Origin: Negaprion brevirostris
Lineage: Eukaryota
Length of the DNA: 64,000 nucleotides
Direction: 5' to 3'
Assembly: GCA_030324005.1 (NCBI GenBank)
Contig: JARDVH010000097.1
Location: 12,982,459-13,046,458, forward strand
The notes under the pieces were generated by a model that did no database searches, was not told the DNA's origin, and saw only the letters and a list, made by a program, of their open reading frames with translations. Below, one piece after another: positions 26,001-41,000 of this stretch; positions within the stretch are counted from its first letter, which is position 1, and each line of letters starts with the position of its first letter. A program made the translations under genes and the position numbers.

Positions 26001-29000
26001 TCAGGACGAAAAAGAGAAATCGGGAAATAAAACTTTTGCACCATCTTTAAACCTGGATAGGATTCTCCAGCCATTCATGCCAGCGGGATTCCATGGTCCT
26101 GCTGCAGCGAATGGAGATTTGACCAAATGCCATATTCTCCGTCCTCGCTGGCAGTGGCAGTGAGCTGTGAACGGCTGTTAGTTTTTCTTCAGTAGTGCGC
26201 AGTGCCAAGTGGCTGTATTCAGGTTAAAAACAAGAGCTTTTGCAGCTTTTAGCTGGAAGCTCACATACAAGAAAAATTTATGCTAATTGCTTCAGCCAAG
26301 TTTAGAGTCCTAATAAGTTTCTCGGTTTCAAAGCACAAATCACCCTCCCACCCAAAGAAAAGACAATTCCTTTTCTCAACAATCAGGCAGCCTAAATGCT
26401 CTAAAAAGCCCTAATAACATATCCAATTATTGGACTAATAAGTTTTTAATTCAACTCCGTATGATCAGTGAACGCAAAAAATCTGAGTCGTAAATCAGAG
26501 AGAAACCAGGCTTTCCAAAACAAATTCACAATTCCCAGGCTCTCTTCAGTTTCAATCCTGGTTATAAGGGATATCTTCACTTAATGCTGATCAAATTTTT
26601 TGAAGTGCAAAAAGAAAAACAAAAGGACTGATATAAATCAGCAAATTTAATATAAATGCAAGTATTTCTCAAAGTAGGATATTTGCAAATCCTACACTAC
26701 TTAAAAATTAGCGGTTTTGAGCAATTGCCTTTTTGAATGGGACTTCACACAGGTTTATTAAGACTGTTGACCTGGATAAATAAATACTTGTGATCTGATG
26801 TGTGTGTTGCAAATGCACCATTAACCATAATTACATTGTTATCTTCCATTGTAAATGTCAATTTAAAAATACAGATAGGGAAACTATATTTGAACAAACT
26901 TTGGCTGAATTTATATTTGGTCAAACACAGGCCATCCATATTTCTGGTTACACAGATGTAGGAAGCTGACAGCTTTGATATTAAAGAAGTTTTAGGAAAG
27001 GCTAATTACATCTATAATATAACAGTAGTGCAGAAGCCAGACATTGCCAGCTTTAAAATACTTATTAAATGAACAGAAAAAAATCCAAGTACTTAAAGAA
27101 AAGCACTATTTGCAAATTTTCAAGCATCACTGGCTCACAGGACCTGCAGAAAATTCTCACCATTGAAATTAGGACTTTATATTCAGTACCGTAGTGTTTC
27201 CCATTCACTTGTACCATGTAGGTGACAATTTCCCAATTCTTTTCAGTACATATGAATTTTTAAATCATATGTAACTTTGTGTACACAAAATATTATTAAA
27301 TTATGTTCATACTTTGATCACCAGTTTCCAGGTTACTTTATACCTTCAGGTTCGGAACATGAACTACATCTCCATATTGGTCCTTAGTCTGAACAGTGAT
27401 GGTAGCAGGCCAGCCACACCTGATATAGTCCTTATTCAGTATCAAGGAAGTTTTCTGAGGATCTGCGTAAGAATCTGGTTGTAGCCACCTAACATTATGA
27501 AGGAAGTGGTAACAGAAATTACAAATAAATTTTAACAAAGGCACCATAATTAAGATCATAATATTTTATGTATTAAATCTATGTATTACCTTGCAAGCCT
27601 TCCACCACTAGATCCGGGTAAACAGGCAATGAAATCTTCTAAAAAAGAATGCTCGTTGCTCTGCAGTTGGAGGGGCAGATTACCTTCTAGTGCTTCCAAG
27701 ATAGTCGGTGAATGAGACAAAGCAAGGCCCTTTCCCAATAAACCAGCATGGTTTTTACAAACCTGGAATGGAAGATGCAGGTGAGCAAGGTTAAGAAAAA
27801 AGATCAGTAATTTAAATGTAGCAACTGAGAGCTCACCTGCAGAGCTGATTCTTCAAGAATTTCAAGGTCCTCCTCTAGTTCATTGCCTGCCCAAATAAAG
27901 ATGATTTAATAGAACAGTAATACAAGTTTGCTTTTACGTAATTAGCNNNNNNNNNNTCTTGGCTCAGCTGAAAGATATTAAAAAAAAATCAATATACTAC
28001 GAAGATCCATTATTCAGCAATAATCTATAATAGATCCAGAAAAACAATAAGGACAAGCAAAACGCATATTTCTGACTGACAAAGCAAGCATCCATACCAA
28101 CAGGAAGTGCAAGGTCTTTTTTCATGAGTGATGCTGCACACATACTTCCAAGGTATGCCAATTCCTTTTCCAATTGTAGGATTCCCTGCAAAAGAGACAT
28201 TTTTTGGCAGTTATTTTGGTTTCAGCAAATATCTAACTTTTAGAAAGTATTATCATGGGAGTAATACTAATAGGAGTTATAAAGATTAGAACAATTGGCA
28301 TTTTTCTTCCCTTCAGAAGGTTTAGAAGATAAATTATGACATGGAAATTTACTTCAAAACCACTGATTTTAACTATCGAAGGAGCTTTATGCTGTATTTG
28401 ATTTGATCTTGGGAATTCTGGATAGCCACAATTGCGACAGAAGTATTTTATTTTGCATGAATGGACACAGTGCAGGGGCAGGAAGGAACATGCACGTGTC
28501 CTTCCTGATTCAGGAATCTGGTGAATAGTTAGCAATATTATTGGAAGATAATCCTGTGGGTTTAGCCAGGTGGGATCTGACCATGGCTATCTGATCCCCA
28601 ACCCACATTCTAGTCTCCATGTGTCACTTTACCAAGTCCCATTCTCATCTCTCCATTTCACAGGCTCCCAAACATCCATCCAAGTTTCTAATGCGTAGAC
28701 TCCCCATCCACTCCACAATCACAAATGTACCATAACTGCCAAATTGAGGTACACACCCGAATAGCTCCACANNNNNNNNNNCTCCAGACACCATGCAGAA
28801 AGAACGTGCAGACTTTGCACAGTGTTCCAAGCCAGGAATTGAATCCAGGTTCCTGGTGCTGTGAGGCAGCAGTGCTAACCACTGAGTACTCCTCTATGTC
28901 CACTGTGTTGCCCAGCCGTTGGACATGGAGGAATACTCAGTAAAATATACATTTTGCAACTTAAGCAAATAAATTCTGATTTGTATTTTTAAAAAATTTC

Positions 29001-32000
29001 TACTTTGGTCAGTATTCTCAAATTAATTTCAATGCAGCATTTACTGATAAAGCTTTAATTTCTATAAAGCAAAATTGTTAGGGTTTGGTCAGCTCTATTA
29101 CAGAATACATTTTGTTGTGCAATACTCCCATCAAATACACTGCAAAACATTACCTCATCAGGTCCAGGACTGAATTCGTAACCAACAGCAACACACTTGA
29201 AGCCGTAAAAACAAGCCTTCTCATCTTTCACATAGTCTGATGCAGTCTCCAAAGAGAAAATAACATCATTTCCTAGAAAAAAAAATCACATTTAAATCTC
29301 AAAACATAATTTTGCGAAGTAACAGGCTCCAATTCCAACACTACTTGCATGGATCAAAATTCAATTAAACAGCACATTTTCAACAAAACAGTAATCCTCT
29401 TCTCTTTCCCACATACCCTCCCCACCTTAATTATATTTTTAGGGCACAGTTCCACTGAAGAAAACATTTGGTTTTGATGTAGAAGACTTTTCAATATTTT
29501 CTCAAAGGAGAATATTTTCATCTTTGTAATGCAGGGAATGCTATTTCAAAACTCTTAAGTAAGGCAAATATTAAAATATTACAGTCGTACTCAGTTCTTC
29601 AAAGATGTTTCACTTCAACTGCTGTGATCAATGAAGGTGATAAAAGGGAGTGTAAAGTAATCATGACCATATTATAGTCATAAAACAATCTGATACACCA
29701 AATAAAAAGATGCACTGAATTCTAATATTTGACAGCACAGGAATTTGGGAAGATATAAAGGGTGGGTAATAAAATCCTACACACAAAGCATTTGTTTTGT
29801 TCATTTTCTTGAAAAGTTCCCTATTCCAGTGTTTTCGTTTTACAAAATATTGCTTTGTGCTCCCAACTCAATTTTCTTCTTAATCTTTTTTAAATGTGCG
29901 ATTTTCCCTTCACTCCACCCATGCCTGCTGTGACTCAAGTGTCGTACTCTTTATCAGAGCATAGTACACCAAGTGGAGGCAAGGACTTGACAGGAGATAT
30001 TCAACGTCCAAAGATGTCAGACAATAAAGCTTTCAAGAACTACTTCAGCTTGAATGTGGACTTTTGAATTAAGGTTTCTATTGATGGCCACAGAGATGTC
30101 AGTCAAGCATTATTCAATAATGGGTGAGATTTTTCAGCTGTTCACACAAACAGGATCTTCTGGCTCCACTGTCATAGGTTTCCTGGCAGTGGGAGGTGGA
30201 TTGAAATCTCACCGACAGGGCAGGACTAGAAGATCCCCACTGCCAGCCAATGGTGGGCCACTTTCTGCCAAGAGACAAGCTGTTGCATGGGGGCCATAAA
30301 ATCTCAGCCAACATTTCAGACCAGCCAAAGTCAGAAATATAGCCTTTACTTGTAGTATTGGGCTTACAGAACCAATCATATTGCAACTGAATTGATCTGC
30401 ATATTATTTTCCTTTCAACGAGAAGGCCCCTGAGGCTCTGCGTATCAAGACAGCGATTCACCCAACAACATTTTTTCTTGCTACTTGCCATGAAAACTTT
30501 ATTAATCATCCCTTTGAAGTTTAAAGACTACAGCAGTGTCCATACAAAACATGAAACATAGCATGTATCTCTTAAAAAAAAAAGAGAACTCTCCCCCCAT
30601 ACCTGGTAAAACAAGGACTGTAGTTGGCCATCCAGTAGAACCAGAAAACTTTTTCAATTCTATCCATGAATTAAGACTATCATGGCTTGTATTTTTAGGC
30701 CCAAATCCAGAACTTTGAAAAGTTTTATTCGGAATCAGCAAACGGAGCACATCCTCTGGTTGTGCAGTACCACACAATGGGTCAAACTCTATAGTCATCC
30801 ACCTGACACAATCTGGAAAAGTTACCTAGGTAAGAAACAAGCACTATTATTTTGATCTTTCAAACAGTAGCTATTTGAAGGATCTTAGGGTCTGAGTCTT
30901 AGTCTAATCCAAATGAATAGATGACTACCTGCATAATGATTTTAATGAAAATATATTTGAGCAATTTTTATCCTTTTATTATAGCTGCGATTCAGTACAA
31001 ATTTCCCAGGTCAGAAGAATGGTTGACAGCAGAAAATGTCACACTGCAAAGCATGAGAAAGGGATATTTAGCACATCAAACCTATTCTTATAAAATACCA
31101 GCCAATCTGCTCTTCACACTAGTCAACCTTTGAGCATCTGTACCAAAATTCTACAAAGATATTCTTTCTACCACCCTTAGACATATTAGGTAAAATTTCT
31201 GGTCCAGCCTCAGATCCTACACTAAGCTTTTCAGTTGTATTTTTACATTTCCAAAACCTCATCAGGTCAGGAACTACATTCGATACTGAAGAATGAGGAA
31301 TCAGAGCAGCAGGAGGCGATACGACCTTTCAAGCTTGTTCCACATTAAATATAGTCATGGCTGATCTTCTATCATAACTCCACTTCTCCAGTTATCCCCA
31401 TATCTTCTGGTTCCTATGGTGCCTGAGGGTCTCTCAATCACAGTGTTGAATATACTTAACACTCGAACATTCAGAGGGCTCTGGAGTAGAGAATTCCAAG
31501 CCCGTTAGTGAAGAAATTACTCACTGCCACTCTAAATGGCCCAAACCCTTATCCAGAGCCTATGTTCCTTAATTTTAGGCTCTTCAGCCAAAGGAAACAG
31601 ACTCTTAGCATCTAAAATACATCACTCATTTAGGTTTGTTCTTATAATTCTCAATTCCATTCACCAGATGTTTAACAAGGGAGATTGCCAATACAAGGAC
31701 CAAAGTTTAACCAATATTGAGAAGTCTGCTTCTCCTGAAGCCACTTTGGGCTCAAAGGGTCTGATACAATGGACAGAAGTTTTTATTTAGAAGATTAGTT
31801 CGTACTGTGTTTTAAAACACACGCCTGCAATACAATAAATTTTTAATTGGTACCTTTAATTGGCTGACGCCAGCTGGTTTATAAGGATGGTCACTTTCCA
31901 CCACAGCATAATGGCTAGAAGTAGTACAAGCAGAAAGGCCTTGTTCTGGCTGATTCCCTGTTGCACTGTCTGTGGACTGATTAGGATTGAAGGCAGGCGG

Positions 32001-35000
32001 AGCATATTTTTGGTTTAAAGTTGCGACAGGAGGCAGAAGCTCTTGTACAAGACCAAAAACTTCAACTGCAGCCTATTTGATAAAAAAGACCTGCTGTAAA
32101 ACTCATAACCGAGAACAAAAATAAGCACATGATAAAATCATTGTTGATTATGCTGGAAAAGAGAATTACTTACTTTTGGGACATTAGCAGCCACTGGTGC
32201 AATGTAAGCCAAAATAAGTGGAAGCAGCATGGATAATAGACTGGAAGAGCTGAGTAGTTCTGGAATATCCTCAGCTAAATAAAAAATAAATCACTTTGTC
32301 CATTCAGTTTGTAAATTTTACCAAGTAAATAGTATTACATAAAAAAGTTATTGCTTAGAAAGGTATTTGTGAACTTGGCAGCTTCCTTGTTTCCTTGCAG
32401 CCTGGTTCAGTTTCCTGACAGGTAGTGCATGACTTTGGTTAATATTTCTACTACTAGACCACGGCTAAATCAAGAGTGTTGCCATTAAAGGGGAGGTTTG
32501 TTCATCTCTTTACCAAAGCACTGTGGATAAATATCCAGAGCAATTGTGCAGTTTGAGTACACAATTATTGGAACGTACGTGTTCACTGGTGTCAAAGTCA
32601 GAGCGTTTATTTTCAGCTCAAGATTTACAATATCTCACTTTTGAATCTGTCCTGACAATTTTAGGAGCAGAACATTGGATTTTTCCCAAACTACGTTGGC
32701 ATTCTCAACAGCAGTAAAATAACTGTCTGAAACTGAGGGAATGATAAAATGTACAAGGCTTCAAATTCATTTTGCTATTGCATTTGATGAAATTAAATCA
32801 ACAAGACTGCCAACACCTACCACCATGCTCAGGTCAACCATTTTCCCCCATACACTAATGACAAACATTTTAAATTACTGATTTAAGAAAATGCATACAT
32901 ACCATCTACTGCCAGGGCCCTATGCAACAAATCCTTAGCTGCACGAACCACTGCAGAAACGACAGAAAGAGCGCGGCTGCAATTTTTATCTTCCTCATTG
33001 GCTTTGCTAAGAAGCTGTGATTGTAGATCTCCATCAAACTCACTTCTAAAAATTAAATTGACACGTTACTGGCAATGTCTCTGTACTTTGTTATTACCTA
33101 ATCTATTTTAACAGAAAACCAGAAGACAACCAATCACCGCACCAAAGTAAAGACTTACATTTGAGTACAGCCAAGAAAATTCTGACATGTTTTATTTAAA
33201 AATGTATCATATAACCACAGTTGATTTAAACCCAGAGATTCCCCGAGACAAAATGGGACCGATAGTTCAAATGGCATAAAAGTTTCAGGAAAAATACTTT
33301 TAATCAATCACAGAAATATATTTGGGCTCCAAAATGAATTTGCCCAGAGATCAATCCAGGCTTGGCGGTCATGGATTTTATCCCCAATGGGCAAGCTGAT
33401 CTGAGTCCTATGGCAATATCTTAAAATTTGTAATGGTACTGTTGGGTTAGAAAGAAAAGTCTATTTGTGTTCCTGCTCCTGACTGCTAACTAGGCACTCC
33501 AACTGCATGCGTATGGACACCAACTGAAGATGCCATGACTATGTACTATTCCACTGTCTTTATGAAAACCAGCCAGAACTTTCACCAACCAGCAGCAAGA
33601 CTAATTCACCATAAACTCCAAACACTGACTTCTATTCCCCCAGCTGCTTTCTCAGAATCAACCACCATGCAGTCTGTCTTGTGAATCCTCACCTAAGTTT
33701 TGGACTCTAATAAAAGAAAATGCCCATTTCCACCTCAGATATTGCCCACTTCCATCTAACCTCAGTCCGTCACTCCTGAAACTCCCAACCTCCCCTTTGC
33801 CATCTCAATGCTCTATTCATCTAAACATCCTGACAACAAATTCCCTAGCAATAGTTTATAAAAATACCACTCATCTGGAGCTTTACCATCTGTACCCTAA
33901 ACTGTACACTGTTTTTTCACTGCCCAGTTTTACCCAATGCATCAAAATAAAAATTCTCACCAAGTAGTCACACATGGTCTCACCCCATTGTTCTCTGTGG
34001 TTTTCTTCATCCCATCTTTTCCAAACTGCTTTGCGTTCATACCTCCTCCCTCTATTTCGCCATTTAATCACAGAATTGTTACAATGCAGAAGAAGGCCAT
34101 TCAGACCAGCATCACCATCGGCTCTCCAAATTTACTGCCATTCTCCTAATTTCTCCCCAAAACACTGCATATTGCTCCTTTTCAGTTAACAGCCCAATTC
34201 CCTTGCATAATTCAATTGAACTTGCCTCCAGCACACCGTCAGGCAGTGCCATTCCAAGAACCTTCAACTTCACATTCTCTGCAACTCTCTACCTAAAGCG
34301 CACTTACTCTATCTCACCCACCTTGTAAAAAATTTCAAGGTCTTTAGCTACCTTGTAATTCTTCTCCTAATTCCTATTGTAGAGCTTGGATCTCAGGCTT
34401 CCATGGATAAACAGCCTGTCGACACAAAGGGGATGACTTTCCGGTTCTTCACGCCAGTGGAATATTCTGGCCCTCCTTCTCTCCCTGTGGGGCTCCCAAT
34501 GGTATGGAGATTCAATGGGAAATCCCACAAACTGTAACAGGACCAGACTATCGCGCCAGTGACCAATGGCAGATCACCTCCTGCCACTGTGACACCTCTG
34601 GCCTCCCAGAGTATTTCATCCATGTTAAGCGCTACAAATGATGGGCACTAGAGCAATACTGCCTTGTATTTATGGAACCATATCCAAAGCCACAAATCAG
34701 CTTTTTCAGGAAACAATTGAATAAAGGGATTCAGCCCCTTCAACCACAACTCCCCACCTCTTCCACTAAATATGAACATTATAATAACATGTTTTTGGAG
34801 ATTTTAAGATACGCAAAAGGTCTATTTTTGGTTGGATAAAGTTAAAACTTCTCAACCTTATCTGTTATTCAGAAATAAGGCACTTTATCAGCAAAAGACA
34901 GAAATCAGGAGAAATATGATAATTATTCATTTTACCTGCCCAGGAGTGGATTATACCCTTATTACTACCTAACCAATAACTAAGCACAGATAAAGAATAA

Positions 35001-38000
35001 CAGGGGACACCTTTCAGAAGTTTGTCTTTTTTGCTTTGTGGCTTAGATAAGGGTAAAGTCACTGCCACTAGGTTCAGAGAACCTGCTTCATAACAATGAG
35101 AAAACTTTAAAGTGGGGGTTGGTGAGAAATGGGGGAAGAACCAATACATACAAAAAGTGTACATGCTGAACAAATTCCTCATTAGTAAACACAGACATAA
35201 AAGGTCACTGAGAAGCTTTAAATACAAAGGACAAAATAATGTGCAAACAGTGATAACGGAAAGATATTGACAAGGTCAATAAGTCATAACAGACAAGGTC
35301 AATAATTCATAACAGTATAAAAAATACCAAGGAAAATGTTTTTTTGTTCTGTCTTGTTATCTAGCCTTTACTGAGGTTCATATAAAAAAAATTATCTCCT
35401 ATTCCCATTTTGATCTTTCCTTTTGATTTCCTACACTTTATCCGAAGTTTGAGTTGTGTTTTATTGAAAAGTATTTTAATTTTCTGCTGGATATTAAGCA
35501 GGCCCCTGGTCTGGAATTTGCCAATAGTAACTTCAGATCTTTGTTATAGGCTCCATTTTCTTCCTAGCAGGGTTGTTGTGAAGTGGGAAGGGAAAAACCA
35601 GATTAACATCTGATTCAAAGCTCCTTTGTAATGGCTCAGCATTGGCACAGATTTGGGTATTTGGTGAAAACCCAATTTTTCCTCCACTTAGGACTCGCTG
35701 GTCCGCAGTATAACGTATGCGTTTTCTATTTTAATTTCAGATCTTCTGCATTTGCCGATATTGCTCTCTCTCATGTTTTTACTCTAACATCTCTTGCATC
35801 CTTTCATTCTGCTTTCCAATATTTTCAAGCTCTTTTTGCTTGCCTACACATCGGCAGTATCTTACTAACCATTTTTTGCAGTGATCTTCTACACAGCAGA
35901 ATGTAAATCATTTAAGACAGTAACTCAATCTGGTTAGTGCATATTAGCTCTCTTGCCCCACATTCTATTTTTCCAATCTTACTAGACAGCCCTTAGCCTT
36001 CAGTCTGATGAAGCGTATACCTCTGAAATGTCACAAACATTCCCTCTTTACAGATACTAATTAACTCACTGTGCATTTCCAATTCCTTGATTTTAATTAG
36101 GATGATTTAATAACTTTGCAACTGAAATATTATGCGTAGATAGAAGGAATGGGTGATGTAGTGTTGGCACACTCATCATTTACATTTACTACTGGGTTTG
36201 TATCCAGCCAACCAAGGCTGATGGTTTCTACTCCTACTGTTACCTAGTAAGTTTTTCTGCAAATTGAGTTTGGCGGACAATTCAATACTTTATTAGGATG
36301 GGCTCATGAGCACATTGTTGCCAATTATTAAGGAACATTTATTCTCTGTAAGTGAACTGTGCCAAGCTACCAACTGAAGAAATTTCTTCCTCGTGCAGCA
36401 AATTGTTTAGTCAAAACTTTTATTTAGGTATAAAAGAGACACATTGGAGCAGTGAAGAGCTAAGCTTTCTAATCACAAAGCTATGAGTTTCAATCATAGT
36501 GTTGACTAAATACTCTTGCTTGGTGTCTTTCATAACACATGGGCAGCATGGTGGCACAGTGGTTAGCACTGCTGCCTCATGACTGCAGATATCTGGGTTT
36601 GATTACCAGCTTGGGTATGCAATCTGTGTGGAGTTTGCATGTTCTCCTTGTGTCTACATGGGTTTCCTCTGGGTGCTCCGGTTTCCTCCCACACTCCAAA
36701 GATGTGCAAGCTAGGTGCATTGGCCAGATTAAATTGTCCCTATGCATCCTGGGATGCGTAGATCAGAGGGAATAGTGGGGTAAATGTGTGGCATTACGGG
36801 GATAGGGCCTGGGTGGGATTGTAGTCAGTGCAGAGCTGCGGGAAGAAATACAAGACTGCAGCATAAAAAGGCAATTTTAAAATATCAGCAAGATGAGTTA
36901 TATAGCACAAATTCTTGCATCTTTTCACCTTTGAGTAGGTTTCTTCATGTTTTGGTGTATCCAAATCTGAAATGCACTGGGGCAAGAATACCACTATATA
37001 AATACACATATGCAACAGCTACAGGAATTTCTTGGACACTTGGAATATCTTTAAAGAGAGTTTTCATAAAATTAAACGTACTGAATTATCACATCACCAG
37101 ACTAGGAAATCTTAATTGAAAATGGAAATGTGCATTCTTACCTATAATAAAGTACCTGAGGGATTTGACCTCGAGTTTGATTAGTTCCATTACTGCTGAG
37201 GCTACAAGTACTAAAAGTGAAGGTTACACCATCTGGGCACTGAATCGTAGTCATTCCTCCATCTCCATTTGCAGTACGACTTCCATAGTTCCTTAAGCGT
37301 ACTGCGTATTTTACATTTTCCTGGAATTGCAATAAATTCAGCAAGCATTACACAGGAATCCAAAAGCTAAGTATAAAATATATTCATGCAAGAAATTCAC
37401 AAAATTATTTCTCACAATACTTTAAATCAGCTTTTAAATTACTTAAGTGCTGGCCCCATAGAATTTATCTGCTACAAAACCCAAATGTGTTATTTAAACT
37501 TTTCTGAGCAAATGCTGTCTCTTTTCACATTGCTTCCTACCTTTAGTGGGACAGCTTTATCCAGTCTAATTTCTGCTGTGTCGCTGGAGGAGTCATCGGT
37601 GCTGTAAGTCCCTTTTACTAGTTCTAAGGAAGTCCACCTGTGAGAATGTGCTGAATCACCAGTGTGCTCACTCTGTCAAAAAATATTTAATCAAGGGGGT
37701 GTCATTGGAATCTTCAGAATAACATTTACTCAAGAAGACAACAATTCATTTCAAGTTTAAACACAAAACGAATAAACTTACATCATCTACCAATACTTCC
37801 AGCTCATATTCATGAATGCCACCTCCTCCGTATACATGGTACCCTACCACAACTATCCCAGGTTTGTCCACAGAGAAGCAAATTGCATCCGGTGACCCAT
37901 TGCCAGTGTTCCAACTTCGCCCTTGACTGGTTTTAGCAAACCGGTTTGGTGTGGCTTTGACAGAATGGAGAGAACTCAATCCATCAACCTGTGAAGGCAA

Positions 38001-41000
38001 TCAAAATGTTCAATAAGGCTAATCTTTAACAGGATACAGATTTCTCTAATCTTACATAGTGTTATTCAGTATTTACAACGCAGAAGCAACATGGAATACT
38101 AAACATTACCCCATCCCAAAACAGCTTGGTATCAATGTCTCATTCCTCTTTGACGGATTCTGTTTTTATGGTTAACATTACAAGAGCTGGAGATAAAGCA
38201 ATACATTATAGGAGCTTGAAGATTAATTGGGTCCTAACTTGCTGGACAATTTTCTTCCTCATTTTCTAGTTCATTATCTACCTGCCATCTCTGACTTACA
38301 TCTTCAGCAATGCGGGTGTGGTATAGGTCAAATCTATTTTTCCCCCAAATATATCTTGTATCATTTCATTCATTTTTTTATTTCTTTCTATATTTACAGC
38401 ATAACCTGTAATGTGTCCAATGACAGTGGCTAGCTCATTTGGCATCTTTACACAGACATCAGTGCCGATGTTGACTTGGTTTAGCATCTCATCCGAAAGG
38501 TGGCACCAACAGTGCAGCAACCCCTCAGAGGGAATGTCAGCTTTAATTTTGATGCTCAAGTCCTGGAGTGGGCAAACCCCGAAAGCTAGTGGCGTTTACT
38601 ATCAAATAAACCTGTTGAACTTTAACCTGGTGTTGAGAGACTTCTTATTTAGATAGGTTAACACAGATCTGCCCCCTTACCTCAGATCCCAGTGCTGATG
38701 CAGTGAGTTCACTCACTATACTGGCAAGTAGGCCACAAGTATTGGACACTAGAAGTGGAGAGAAGAGTTCTACCTCTCTCCTGAGTATCTTTCGAACTGG
38801 AAGCACTACAATAACCAACATTTTTTCTAGGACTTCTCGAAAACTGGTCATACTTGTAATGTTTTCTTCAATCTAGGGGAAAATAAATCAAGATTTTATT
38901 GCATATCCAAGAATAATCTTTATTCTTACTATTGATTCAAACTCCTGTCAACAGATCAGTTCAAGTTTCAGTATTCCACATTAACTATGCGATATTATAA
39001 TAAGAGGTTACAGTTTGTTAATCCTTTAAAATTTCAGTAATATTGTGTAGAGGTATACATTTTTCAGAACAGTCAAAAAAAGATTTTTGGAAAATCTTTG
39101 ATTGGACTCCTGTGAATCAGATTCCTGTTTCAAACTCAGATTTTTGCTTGCGCAACTTCTGGAGTTGTTATACGACTGGTGAGGCGGTAAACTAAGGCTG
39201 GGATTCTCCGGCCATTCACGTCCCGTCACCACTGATGGCAAGGATGTATTTGATGCTCAGCCGAATCTTCGTTCATTTTTACAATTTCACATCATTCATC
39301 CAAATGGACAATCAATATCAGTAATTTTGCAAATACAGCATTAAACAGAAAATATGACCCATCACAGTTCTGTAGTGACACTATTGTTGGTGTCAATAGA
39401 GGGAGACATATCAATGTAGACTGCTCAACTGGCTAGTGCAGCCTTCAACCGATGGGAAACACTGAAATACAAGACAAAAATTTTTTGCTGTTCTCACCTG
39501 GCTGAGCTTCTCCATATGAGCCACTAATAGGGCAAATCTGTGAACCATAGCTGATTCATTCTCTGTGCTACTCTGCTTCACCAAAGAGCGAAGCAGCACT
39601 TCACCATCATAGGCAATGGGTAGGATTGTTGTCAGCTTGACTGAAGAGTGGCACAGTGCAGACATGACTGCTGCAAGTAACCGACTACTTGATGTCTTGA
39701 AGTTAGCTTCCTGTATGTCCTGACAAGAAAACAGATTAATTGCCAAATATATAACTTTTAAAAATACAGGAAATTTCCCAGTCTGCAAGTATTTTGTTTT
39801 AAGATCAATTTTGATTATTCAACTGTTCACTAACCCAAGGGCAGTCCCATTCAGATGGCCAATGGAGGATACCCAAGGAAGAAGGATTGTGCAGTTCAGC
39901 ACAAAGACTGAAGGTGAAGGATGAACAGTACACCATGGTCGCAATGAGTGCAACCTGTGACTTTGAGGGCAAATCAGTGCCCTGACAGGGTGCAAACCGG
40001 ATTGAGAAGGGTTAAATATGAAACTGGGAAAAATGGACATGCAGTTGGGAGGCAAAACACATTCAAGGACTTGAGTGGAAAGGAAGATTAGAAATGGGCT
40101 TTATTTTGCAAAGAGTGGGTTCAAGGGAGGATTTAGAGAAGGGAGCTGCAGACAGCAGTTCTGAAAAAGAGGAAAACAGTAAGCGAAAACAGGGAACTGC
40201 TTAAATTATCAGGTAGCATGGGGACCAGGAAGCAAAATTAGGTCAGCAGAAAAAAAACTGAGAAAGCAGGAAGTGGGTCTCATGAACAAAATGGATTTGG
40301 AAAGAACATAGTGGAAGATTATAGAGAAACTAGAGGAAGATGTGGGTTCATTTTATAAATTTGGAGAAAGTGGGGCTTGGTGAGCAAGGAAAAGGTGGTG
40401 ATGCACAGAACAATGGTGATAATGAAGTTCAGCGGCATCTCACACTTGTTTTCGGTCAGAATGGGGGAAGCAAGACAGATAGGTTAATGGAGATGGCTTG
40501 TGTTGGAGGAAAAGAAACACCACAGATTATCCTTTATTTGAGGAGGAGCCGGGGACAGTGAACTGTAGCACAGGAGAACAAGGTCTACTTGCTATGATCC
40601 AGTTAGGTCTGACAAAGTATGGTGAAACCAGATGTCCAACAAAAAACTTTCAAGCCTATAAAATAATGCGGTGCACAGAGTAGTTAGATAGTCAATATCT
40701 TTTCCCAAAGGTAGGGAAGTTTAAGACTAGAGGGCATAAGTTTAAGGTGAGANNNNNNNNNNNNNNNNNNNNNNNNNNNNNNNNNNNNGAAGTTTGGTAA
40801 ATAATCACTAAGGCATCCACTATCACCTCTGTCGTTTCCTTCAGAACCCTGGGATGCATTCCATCCGGTCCTGGGGACTTGTCCACCATCAGTGCTAGTC
40901 GATCAAGCACTACCTCTCTAGTGACAGTAATCGCATTAGGGGTTTAAAAAAGGGGTGGCATGGATGAGTTGGGCCAAAGGGCCTGTTTCCATGCTGTAAC

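Noticed and set aside
35269-35315. 23-bp tandem duplication containing CAAGGTCA nuclear-receptor half-sites
   Set aside because: Simple slippage duplication with no other evidence of regulatory function; not CRISPR-like.
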